Origin: Eimeria praecox
Lineage: Eukaryota
Assembly (NCBI GenBank): GCA_963920595.1
Contig: OY986946.1
Location: forward strand, 7,068,001-7,132,000
Length of the DNA stretch: 64,000 nt
Direction: 5' to 3'
Shown: in pieces, positions 52,546 through 64,000 of the stretch
Layout: each line of letters starts with the position of its first letter
How positions within the stretch are numbered: the stretch's first letter is position 1
Notes under the pieces: model-generated
The model's database searches: none
Told to the model about the DNA's origin: nothing
What the model saw: only the letters and a program-made list of their open reading frames with translations
Position numbers and translations under genes: made by a program

Positions 52546-52979
52546 TGGGGAGTCTTCTTGGTGGGATAAGTATATTCTTAAACCTTCTTCTCTATTTTCT
52601 TCTCTGACATTTTATATCGATGGCTTGCAGCGACTCGAAGGTGCTGAGCTGATATCTACAGGCTATTCCAGCATAGTACCCTCTGGGGGCCCCCCCTCTG
52701 GGGGCCCCCTCTCTGGGGGGCCCCCCTCTGGGGGCCCCCCCTCTGGGGGCCCCCTCTCTGGGGGGCCCCCCTCTGGGGGCCCCTCCTCTGGGGGCCCCCT
52801 CTCTGGGGGCCCCCCGGGTGTATCTGCAGTGATAGAGGCAGTTCAGTTGAAGAGGGTTTTAGTAGCTCATGGGGGACATATCTCTCTGACAGTGGGGAGA
52901 GGAGTCACACATATCCTTGTAGATAATATCGCTGTTGGAAATCAAAAGTGGAGAAAACTTAGGTAAGAGAAGGATGTTT

Positions 52980-53047
<68 letters not shown>

Positions 53048-53430
53048 GCATATGTATATATGCATATGTGTATGTATATACCCTAAGGGGGATGCTGTTG
53101 CTGCTGTTAATAATGGTGCTGCTGCTGATGGCTGTGCTGCTGTTGCTGGTGTTCGTGCTGCTGTTTTTGTTGCTGGTGCTGCTGTTGGTGGTGCTTTGGC
53201 CGTTGCTCCTGTTCCGTTTGTTGCTGCTGCTGCTGCTGCTGCTGCTGTTCTTCTGCCATCTCCTGCTCTTAATGCTGCTGCAGGGGGTGCTTCTGCTGTT
53301 AGTGCTGCTGCTGCTGTTGCTGCTGTTGCTGCTGCTGTAGCTGAGCTTACATTGTCTTTGTATTTGCTTCACTACGTAAGTAAAGCCGCGGATTTTCCGT
53401 CTGATCATTAGCTGCTGCTGCTGCTGCTGT

Positions 53431-53462
<32 letters not shown>

Positions 53463-54391
53463 TTTGTATTGCTGCAGAGACAGAGGAGGAGTAGCTCGTA
53501 GTTATGTTGTAGTTCGATGTTGTTGGGTTTTCTCTTCGATTGCTGCTGGAAGGCTTCTATCTCCTTCTCTCTTTAAACCTAATGGCCTACAGCTTGTTGC
53601 TCAGCCGCTGCTGCACCGGTGGGGGGCCCCTGCAGCAGCAGGGGGGGCCCCTGCAGCAGCAGCGGGGCCCCCAACAGCAGCAAGGGGGACCCCAGCAGCA
53701 GCAGCAGCAGCAGCAGGGGGGAGGGGCCCCCGTCTGCTGCAGGGGGGCCCCAGTCCGGCAGCAGCTGGGCGCCCGCTATCGCTGCAAGAGCGAAACAATA
53801 CTCGGAAGGATTCCACACCGCATGCAGCTGCTGCAGCAACAGCAGCAGCAGCAGCTGCTGCTGCTGCTGCTGCAGCAGCAGAAACAGGACCGTGTGTGCC
53901 GTGTGCTGCTGTTATTCAAGTGGATGACGACACAACAGACCTGAGCTCCAGAAGCGAGCTACAGCAGCAACAGCAGCAACAGCAGCAACAGCAGCAACAG
54001 CAGCAGGAACAACAACAGGAACAGCAACAGCAGCATCAGCAGCAGCAACAGCAATGGCAACCGCAGCAGCAGCAGCAGCAGCAGCAACAAGAACAACAGC
54101 AAGAAGAGGAAGAGCTCAACTCAAACAAAAGGCGGGCAGTCGGGTCTGCTTATCCTTGCATTGCTGCAGTCTCTACTCTGACAGCAGCAGCAGCAGCAGC
54201 AGCAGCACCTGCTGCTCCTGCTGTAGAGGATACTGCCACAACAAATATAACTGAGAGAGCAGCAGAAAGACTATCAGCAGCCAATGCTGGAGCTGCAGCT
54301 GGTGCTGCTGCTGCAGCTGCTGCTGCAGCAGCTGCTGCAGCAGAATCTCCAGTTTTTGCTGTGGACAGCCCTTCAGCGACAGGTGAAAGCA

Positions 54392-54462
<71 letters not shown>

Positions 54463-54631
54463 CCAGCAGCAACAGCAGGAGCAGCACCAGCAGCAACAGC
54501 AGCAGCAGCAGCAGTCAGCATTACGAGGGCAACAGCAGCACTTGCCACCTGCCAGCAAGCAGAACAAAAGAAAGTTGCACAGGCAGGAGGAGCAGCAGCA
54601 GCAGCAACAGCAACAACAAGAACAGGAGCAG

Positions 54632-54708
<77 letters not shown>

Positions 54709-54841
54709 ACAGTGTCTGTAGGGAGGAGGGGAGTAATAGACTGCAGACAGCCAGACTTTGTTTCTTCTTTTTTTGAAAACTCTCGTCTCCACTTCATTGG
54801 TGTTTGGCAGAACCGCTGTGCAGCAATGCTCACTCGTCTCC

Positions 54842-54897
<56 letters not shown>

Positions 54898-55090
54898 CGA
54901 CAGCAGATTGTGCTTCCTTGGAGGGATGCATCGGTAGAGAGCAAGTCGCTGCAGCCTCTGCTGCTGCCGCTTAACTTAACTCTGCCTCACGATAGTGATG
55001 TGGCTGCTGCTGCTGCTGCTGCTCATTCCCCGCTGCGGCTGCTGCCTTCTAATCCAGCAGCTCCAACAGCAACAACAACAGCAACAGCAA

Positions 55091-55123
<33 letters not shown>

Positions 55124-56751
55124 GAGGAACACTGGCTGGTGCTGCAGCAGTGTATGCAGCAGCAGCAGGCAGATGGATTATACATGTTGACTTCGATGCT
55201 TTCTTCGTCTCTGTGGCCCTCCTCAAACATCCTCACCTGAAAGACAAACCGGTGAAGACCCGCTGCTGCTGCTGCTGCTACTGTTGCTGCTGCTGTTGCT
55301 GCTGCTGTTGCTGCTGCTGTTGCTGCTGCTGTTGCTGCTGTTGCTGTATTGCTTCCCAATAATGCAGCCACTGCGTCTAAGCCACCCCTTCTAACAGTTC
55401 TGAAGCACTTGGAGCTAGCGCTGCGGTTCATGCTGCTAGTGCTGCTGGTGTTGCTGCTGCTGCTGTTGCTGCTGCTGTTGCTGCTGCTGCTGCAGGTTGC
55501 TGTTTGCCACTCACGCGGAGGCGGAGGAGCCTCTTCATGTAAGTTGTTGCTGCAGCTGCTGCCCATGCGTGCTCTCGTAGTATCTGCTGCTGCAGCTGCC
55601 TTTGCTGCTGGTGCCGCCACTTGCTGCTGCTGCTGCTTGCAGCAGCAGCAGCAGCAGCAGCAGCAGCGGTGCAAGCTGCTGCTGCTGGCTGTACGAGTAC
55701 TTAATGTTCGTTCTTTAACAAGTTCTGTTTCTTTTGCATCGTGGGTTGTGGGGTGAGTGTGTTTGTATGGATGAGTGTTTGTGTTGTCTGAGCAGCAGCA
55801 GCAGCAGCAGCAGCAGGTGCAGCAGCAGCAGCAGCAGGAGCAGCAGGAGGAGGAGGAGGAGGAGCAGCAGGAGGAGGTGGAGGGGGCACCTCTGAGATAG
55901 CTAGCTGCAACTACGTGGCTCGATCTCATGGGGTTTCTAAGGGGATGTGGCTTCGATCTGCTCTCCAGCTCTGTCCGTCGCTGCTGCTGCTGCCGTATGA
56001 TTTTGCTGGAATAGAAGCAGCAAGCTCAGGCCTTTTTGCTGCTGCTGTGGGGCTCTCCCATAGACTCGCACCTTTATCCTGTGATGAGGTAGATATGTTA
56101 GAAACCCTACCAAACCCTCATAAACCCTAGTAAACCCTACTTAACCCTACTATACCCTAGCAAACCCTCATAAACCCCACCAAACCCTACCAAACCCTCA
56201 TAAACCCTACCAAACCCTACCATACCCTACCAAACCCTAGCAAACCCTCATAAACCCCAGCAAACCCCCATAAACCCTTATAAACCCTAGGAAACCCCCA
56301 TAAACCCTTGTAAACCCTAACAAACCCCCGCAAACGCTTAGAAACCCTATCAAACCCTCATAAACCTTTGTAAACCCTATATAAACCCTACAGTGTGTTT
56401 GTAAACCCCAAGAAACAACTTAAGAAAACCCTTGTCTTAAACCCTGTTATATTTGATAAGCCCCACCAAACTAAACCCTCATGAACACGTATATACCCTA
56501 CAAAACCCTAATTAGAGTTTGTATGCCTCAGGGCAGCCTTATAACCCCCGTAGAAACCCTAATAAATCCATATAAACCCTTATAAACCCTAGTACATGTT
56601 CATAAACCCTAGTTTGTCTTTATATATACAAATATATTAAACCCTCGTAAACCATAGAAAACCCTCCGACGCACTCATAAACACTCATACGCATTCATAA
56701 ACCCTAATAGGCCCTCATACACAGTTAATGCTGTAATAGAAAAACCAGATA

Positions 56752-56783
<32 letters not shown>

Positions 56784-57586
56784 ACAGCAGCAGCAGCAAC
56801 AGCAACAGCAGCAGCAGCAACAGCAACAAGGGCTTGTCCGCAGGGGCGTGGGTTTGCGTAATGTGATTGTCTGCGCCGCAGACGTTCATTCAAATCTGCT
56901 TCCCGCTGCAGCCTCAGGAGGTATTCCCTGAGCAGCCGTGCAGCAGCAGCAGCAACAGCAGCAACAGCAGCAGCAACAGCAGCAGCAGCAGCAATAGCAG
57001 CAGCAGCACAACGAGCAAGGTGGATGAGGCGGAGATTGTTGCAGATGTTTGTGTGGCTTTGAGGGAGGCAATAATACAAATAACTGGTTGTACTGTCTCC
57101 GTTGGGGCAGGCAGCAACTGTCTCTTAGCAAAGCTCGCGACTGCAGCAGCAAAACCGTCTGCTGCTGCTGCTGCTGCTGCTACTGCTGCGGGGGCGTCAG
57201 CTCCAAAGAAGCGCAAAGCAGCAGCAGCAGCAGCAGTAGCAGCAGCAGCAGAAGCAGCTGTAGTGCAGCGAGAGGGAGTCTGTGTGGTGAGGGCTGGGGC
57301 AGCGCATGCAGCAGCATTTGTGGGGCCGCTACGGCTACGTGCGCTTCCAGGTGTGGGGCCTGCGGTAGCGTCCAAAGTTGCTGCTGCTGCAGCAGCAGCA
57401 GCAGCAGCACCAAAGACATGCTGGGACGTTCAGATGAAGAGCGAGGAGTCGCTGCAGCTGCTGCAGGCTGCCCTGGGTAGGCCTCCACTTTGTTGAGCCC
57501 CACGAGAGAGAGAGACAGAGTTGAGAAGAAGCAAGTGCAGCAAGGATGTTTAAGTCAAATGCTGCTGCTGTGCTGCTGCTGTGCTG

Positions 57587-57617
<31 letters not shown>

Positions 57618-58105
57618 TGCATGCAGGCCGCAAGAGGGGTGCACAGCTGTGGTGGCTCTGCCACGGAGTAGACGTTCGCCCTCCTCCTCCTCCTCTCCCT
57701 GGTGCTCCTGTTGCTGCTGCTGCTGCTGCTGCTGGAGCAGCAGCAACAGGTGCAGCAGCAGCTGCTGCCTCTCCTGCTGCAGCAGCAGCAACCAGCAGTT
57801 TGCCGTCGAAGGGTTCTCTGAGTATTTCTGTGAATTGGGGCATTCGTCTGCAGCAGCAATCAGACCTTCTTTGTCTCCTTAAACAAATTGCAGCAGAAGG
57901 CGAGAAGAGACTAAAAGCCAGCTGTCTATACACCGCAAAAATATCCGCAAGGGCAAGCAAGAAACCCTAAACCCTAAACCCTAACCCTAAACCCTAAACC
58001 CTAGACCCCTGAATATGCACAGAAAGATGAGGAGGAATATATGGGTGTCTTCAGATCTTGGGGCTGAGAGTCTGTGTTTGTGTGTATGCTGTATCGATGC
58101 TGCCT

Positions 58106-58141
<36 letters not shown>

Positions 58142-58371
58142 CAGCTGCTGTACAGACAACCAGGAGCCCCCGTTAAAACCACCAAGTTTCTGGGGTGCGG
58201 AGTGTGTGATTCGGCCAGGGCCTCCCGTGTCATTGGAGGCAACAGAAGCAACAGCAGCAGCAGCAGCAGCAGCAACAACAACAAGAATAAAGGCGTTGCA
58301 TTAGGTGTGCAGTCATCAGAAGATTTGTACGAGGAGCTTCAGGCGCTATGGAGAGAGAATCTCAGCGAGTG

Positions 58372-58412
<41 letters not shown>

Positions 58413-59404
58413 CGTTTTTGCTGTTCTTTTCTCTGTTGCCGCTGCTATTGCCCTTCTTGCTGCTGCTGCTGCTGCTGCTGCCATGAAGGCGGCAGTGTTG
58501 CTGCCTCATTCAGATCTGCACAGAATTGTGGGGCCCCCTGATCATGTGGCTGTTTAACTGCTTGCAGTGTATGTCCACTGGAAGACTACCGCGGCATCAC
58601 ACTCGTGCTGCAGCAGCTGCGGACAGAGCAGCAGGAAGAGGCGCTGCGGCGGCAGCAGGAGCATCTTCAACGCAGCATCTTAGATGCCGCCTTCAAGAAC
58701 AGCAGCAGCAGCAGCAGCAGCAGCACCAACAAAGGCGCCAGCAGCAGCACCACCACCACCACCAGCAAAGGTGCCAGCAGCAGCAGCAAAAGCTGCAGCA
58801 AGACGCTCGAGCCGTGTTGTATTGTCATAGATCCAGTGCAGCAGTCACAGGATGAGTTATCCTCACAGCAACAGGAGCAGCAGCAGGAGCAGCAGCAGGA
58901 GCAGCAGCAGGAGCAGCAGCAACAGCAACGCATGCAGCAGGAGGCAGCAAGGCCGACACCCCTCAAAGCATCTTCCCCGCCGATGGAATGCTGTTTTATT
59001 ACTGCGAGCGACAGCAGCGACAGCAGCAGCAGCAAGAAGGGAGCAGCCACACCGATAAGGGCAGCACCAGGACGAACAAGGCCCAGCAGCACAACTGCTG
59101 TTGCTGCTGCTGCTGCCACTGTTGCTGCTGCAGCTGTAGAGAGTCTGCATGGTTGCCTTCGGCAGCCGGAGACCCCACAGAGATCTCTCCGAACTCCCCA
59201 CAGAACCCCGCTGCTGCGGGCGGAGCAGCAGCAGCACGGGGGTGTACGTACACCTGAAAGCCAGGCCTCAACGCCTCTTTTGAAAACCCCTATAATAAAC
59301 AGAGTTCAGCGCGTACTACAGACAACAGAGACTAATAACGAAAGCAGCACCAAGGGTTCAATCAGCAGCAGAAAAAGGAGACGTTCAGCAGCAGGAGTTG
59401 CTGC

Positions 59405-59442
<38 letters not shown>

Positions 59443-60722
59443 GTGGTAGCGGGAAATCCCCCTTGTCGACCCAGCGGAGCCTGGTAGAGTTCCTGCCGGG
59501 AGGAAGCCGATCCCCCCCAACCGTTCGGAAGCAGCAGCAGCAGCGGGGGGGCAGCAGCATAGCAGCAAAGGCTAGGGCGCCTCATGCTGCTGCATCAGCT
59601 GCTTTTGCTGCTGCTGCTGCTGCTGCTGCTGCCGGGGGCCCGCCGAATGTTATATCTTTACTGACCCAAAATCCAGACAGCAGCGGCAACAGCAGCAACG
59701 AAGGGTCACCTCAGAAATCTCCCCAGTTGAGGCAGCAACAGCAGCAGCAGCAGCAGCAACAACAACAAGGGAACTGCTGCTGTGGTGCTGCTGGCAGCAG
59801 CAGCTGCTGCTGCGATCCTGAGGAGTGTATTAAGCAGTGCATGTCGTATATCTTTCCTGGTGCCCCACGCCGTCTACAGCTATCCCTACGTGTTGCTGCT
59901 GCAGCTCAGCCTGTGCTGCAGCTGCTGCTGCAGCATGCTGCTGCAGCGGGTGCCACCGCAGCGCGCCTCGGGGGCAAGACTGCCCAAGTTGCTGCTGCAG
60001 TATCAGGCCGTATTTCTGCTGCTGCTGCAGACAACAGCATTTGTTCCCCCCAAGCAGGCACAGAGGGAGCACAGCAGCTGCATCCTGCTGCCCCAGCTGC
60101 TGCTGCTGCTGCTGCTGACGATGCTGCTGCTGCTGCAGCACCTCCTGGCCTAGCGCCTGGAAGCTCTGCAAGAGCCAGCGACCCCCCAGAGCGATCTGAG
60201 GGCTCCGAAGAGGCGGAGCAGCTGCCAGCAGCAGCAGCAACAACAACAGAAGCAAGAGCAGCAGAAGCCAAAGCAACAACAGAAGCAGCAGCAGCAGCCA
60301 GAGCAGCAGAAGCCGAAGCAACAACAGAATCAGCAACAGCAGCCAGATCAGCAGAAGCAGAGGCGGCATATTGGGAATGTGTTGCTGCTGCTTTAGAAGG
60401 ATATGGGGGGACGCTATCTTCTGTCTTTGAGAGCTTAGTGGCCATGGGCGCCCACGAGGAGAGGCAGCTGCTGATGCGGGCTCTGCTGCGATTGCTGCAA
60501 ACCCCTGCAGCACGCACTGCCACAGCAGAATCAGCAGCAGCAGCAGCAGCAACTGCTGCTGCTGCTGCTGCTGCTGGTACGGATATGAAGGGAGAAGCCA
60601 CCGGAAAGGAAAGCCCAGCTGGGATAATGTTGCTGCTGCTGCAGCTGTTAGCTTCTTCAGCAGGTCGTCTTCTGTGGCCGCTGCTGCTGCATCGCACTCA
60701 AGATGCTGTCTTGTGTTGTTGA
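52370..60722 (+). CDS. REV1: REV1 Y-family deoxycytidyl transferase (BRCT plus polymerase), multi-exon
   Basis: N-terminal GWGEYIQAK; BRCT (VAHGG, VTHIL, WV..SI.AGRLL); N-digit FFENSRLHFI; IIHVDFDAFFVSV; SEIASCNYVARSHGV; SCDE; LPGVG; SVNWGIR; APVKTTKFLGCGVCD. The 3' end is less certain. Confidence 0.93.
56101..56710. repeat. Degenerate ~10-bp-period AAACCCT-derived repeat in a REV1 intron
   Basis: AAACCCTACC/AAACCCTCAT/AAACCCTAGC units decaying toward the 3' end. Confidence 0.8.
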
Positions 60723-61571
60723 ACAGTGTTTAGGTTTTCTTCGGGCTTTCTATCTGCCCCTGCTGTCATACAGACAGCAACATAGAGTATATTAGAGGCA
60801 TATGGAGGCAGAAGGATCTACCCCACAGCGTTTATTCGTATTGGCCCCCTTCTTCAGGTTTTAATACGAAACTGTTCTGCATGCAGTGCTGCAATGTATC
60901 AATGCATTGCGGCTGCAGCAGCAGCAGCAGCTGTTGCAGCAGCAGCAGCAGCTGTTGCAGCAGCAGCAGCAGCTGTTGCAGCAGCAGCAGCAGCTGTTGC
61001 AGCAGCAGCTGCTTCTGCTGCTAAAAAGTTTGAAACACCGCTGTCTTCAGCCCGCAGGCATTTGCTGGCGTCATTTGTACGCAGAGGGACAGAATATAAT
61101 AGCATCTGCTGCTGCTGCTGCTGCAGCAACTGTAGACTGCTGCTGCAGCAGCACTTGCACAGCATAGCACAGCATCGCGCTTTCGGCTGTTAACCGACAA
61201 GTCAGTCATTTGATTCGCTTCAGCAGCAGCAGCAATATTTGCTGCTGCTTTTTTGTTTGCTGCTGTGGCGTTTGTTGTATAGCTTCTTTTAATTGAGACT
61301 GTTTCTGCAGAAACTCTAAAACATCACATCCGAGAAGACGGGAGAGGCAATCACGCATAGACTTTCATGCTTCTCTGCTGCTGTTGATGCTGCTGCTGCT
61401 GTTGATGATGCTGCTGCTGCTGTTCATGCTGCTGCTGCTGTTGATGCTGCTGCTGCTGTTCATGCTGCTGCTGCAAGGCTTGGCGGTATTTGTAGCGCTG
61501 GTATTTACTTCACTCGTAGCTGCTGCTGCTGCTGTAGCGGCTGCTGCAGCAGCTGCTGCTGCTGCTAGCAG

Positions 61572-63506
61572 CTACACGTGGACATGGGGGATGCAGGTGG
61601 TAGCGTTGGGGTTCTCGGCAAGAAGGGTCTTTAGGCCTGATCTGCGCATCAAACAGCAAAGTAAGCAAAAGAAGAGGAATATGGAGAATAAAGTAGAGAC
61701 ATAAGGAACAAGGGTTTAGGGTTTAGGGTTTAGGGTTTAGGGTTTCGGCGTGAGCAATTGGGAGGTATATATATATAGAATGAGGTTTCTGCTTTGTTTG
61801 ACTTATATGCACTTCTTCTCTTATTGCTGCATCACATTCTGTCTTTCTTTCTCTATATTTTATTTTACTCACAGCAGCAGCGACACCGCCTCCTCTGTGG
61901 GGCTGCCCGTGGCATGCCACCGTACTCTAGCGGCTTTGTCTACTAGTAGAAGAGATACAAACTTTGCTCTTTCTTTCCTTTTGAAGGCATCTATCTCTTC
62001 CTGCCCCCACCGTCCGCTGTAGCCTAAGAAAGCGCCAAAGAGAATATTATCAACTGCACGTCTTCGAAGCAGCGCGCAACGATATTCGTACTCCTCAGCC
62101 AGAAGACGCAGTGCGGCTTCGCGGGTGTCTTGGGGGCCCCCAATGGGGCCCTGGAGGGCCCCGGGGGCCCCCCCCTGCATGCGAGCTGCCCGGCGCAGGC
62201 GGAACGGGAATGAGTGGAAGGGGGAAAGCGAACAAAATGAGGGCGTCAAAGATTGCATGCTACGGATAGCTAAAGACCGCAGCCAGAAAGGAGCGTGATC
62301 AATACAAATATACTGTACACTAGCTAGGCGAGGGCCCATCTCCTCTGTACGCCATTCACAGCCAGGAAGCAGCTGCTGCAGCAGCCCTGAAGCAGCAGCA
62401 GCAGCAGCAGCAGCAGCAGGTACACCCGAAACAGGAGAGCCAGCAGCATTGTTTGCAAAGGCCGGGCCGTAGACTGAAGCAATAAACGAACTATCCCTCT
62501 CTAGACGACGCATCCAAGCAGCAATATCAGATAGCTGAGCATGCTGTCCTCCCACATCAAAGAGAAAAAGAAGCGAAACGCGGCCATACAAACGCTCCAC
62601 CAGCTGCACGCATGCAAGCCCCAACACAAGGACCACTGGTCAGTCCACTGTAGCATCACAGAGGGGGTAAACATCTCTACAGACCTGCAGCAAAAGTGTA
62701 AGGGAGAGAAACTGATTAACACCCACCGATATCTTTGGTAGCATCTTCCCAGGACTGGGGGAGTGAACTACCCTCCCTCTAAGCCTAAACCCTTGTGTCT
62801 GTACAGACTGCCTTGACTCCTCCTGCAAGTCAAAAGGAGTAACAACGAAAAGGGGGGGGAGCTTCGTTGCCTGGTGGGGAGGAAGCAGACGAGACGGGTA
62901 ATGATGAGCTGCGGTCATCCCGTCAACATAGCGTCTGTATACGATTGGAGATGAATATGTACCCCTGGGGGCCCCGTCTAGGGCCCCATAAGAAGCATCT
63001 GCTGCAGCTGCAGCGCCTGTAAACGGCCAGGATATGGCGCGTTTGACGCGGCGCCACAAGGCTCGTACATCGTTGGCCTGCAATTGCTGCTGAAATTCAG
63101 ACAGCGAGATGAAGCTACTGGGCTCACGGAGAGGGCCCCCCCCCAGATGACCCTTCAGTGAAGAAATGCTGGAAGAATTGTCTGCTGACAGCTCCCGGCG
63201 AGCCCTTTCCAGGATGTCTGCAGGCCACGGGACGCCTGAGCCTGTTGGCGTGTCAACGGAAACAGCCTTGCTCTCTGCAGGGGGGTCTGATGCATGCTCT
63301 CTGGGCACTCTGGGGAGAGCTGAGGAAGAGGCAGGCGTATCTTGGTGGAGGGAACGGCGCTGATGAAGGGGAAAACATGCTAAGGGCTGAGACGCTGCTG
63401 CAGGTCTGCTGAGGCCAGCGTACGGCCACACGCTGACAGCTCTCCTTAAGGAGCAGCAAAGACTCCAAAAGGGTCTGCATTTTTCAACTCGTGAACACCG
63501 AAACAT
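61572..63506 (-). CDS. ATP10-like mitochondrial ATP synthase assembly protein; about 3 exons (63506-62727, 62603-61873, about 61651-61572)
   Basis: Arg-rich mitochondrial-type presequence; PSRLLPPHQATKLPPL, LYGRVSLL, W, QYICI and LLVDKAARVRWHATGSPTEE resemble the ATP10 family. Confidence 0.7.
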
Positions 63507-64000
63507 TCCCAACAACGGAGCAAAGGCGAGTAGAAGTACGGAAACGAGGCAGCCGATGATGGCGGCTGACGTTCAGGTGGGTGTTCGCCGCATGTTTTGG
63601 CATTGAAAATACCACACTGTTGGAGAAGAAAACTTGAAAAGGAATAAGAAAGAGGAAATCAAGCAAATTTAACCAAGTTCAACTTTTCCTGTTTCCCCCA
63701 CAACCCCCAGTGTCAATGTTTGCTCGAGTCGGCCGACCGCCGATGAAGACGGTTTCGCGTTTGAAGTTCTGGCTCTAATAAAAGAAAGAGAGTTAATAAA
63801 AATCAAAAGATAGAAATTCAGAATATCATTCCTTTAGAATAATACGTAGATATGTTTGTTTCGCTCCCCCCGATTTCGTGTCGACGTAGCCTGCATCGGT
63901 TGCAACAATTGCTAGAACCTGCAAAGAAGGATGAACTTCCTCCTTTAAGCGCCAATGTTCTGAGTCAAATAAGTTAAGTAGCTGTTACTTATGGTTTCAA

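Noticed and set aside
62604..62726. In-frame TGA (62640) between two long ORFs, suggesting selenocysteine or readthrough
   Set aside because: It lies within a plausible 123-nt GT-AG intron whose removal joins PKIS|LVERLY in frame.

Overview
Eukaryotic, intron-rich DNA with the signature of a coccidian apicomplexan, most likely Eimeria: pervasive CAG/CTG tracts, interstitial TTTAGGG/AAACCCT telomere-like heptamers, and TGCATGCA, AGCT and GGGGCCCC motifs. Most ORF-track entries are translations of simple repeats. Splicing by eye supports about 12 genes: a hypothetical membrane protein, a bacterial-type (PLD family) cardiolipin synthase, DGAT2, a tandem-RRM (Mei2-like) protein, an RD-rich hypothetical protein, seipin, RIO2 kinase, a small secreted protein, glutaredoxin, DDX10/DBP4 helicase, REV1 and an ATP10-like protein. 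A repeat-poor island spans about 34.6-44.2 kb. The most striking unexplained structure is that telomere-like arrays sit next to splice sites, often as inverted pairs within one intron (predicted fold-back introns). The same repeat also supplies three stop codons. A 14-bp palindrome, GGTGYMYRKRCACC, is strongly over-represented. Exon boundaries and homologies were assigned by eye, without alignment tools.
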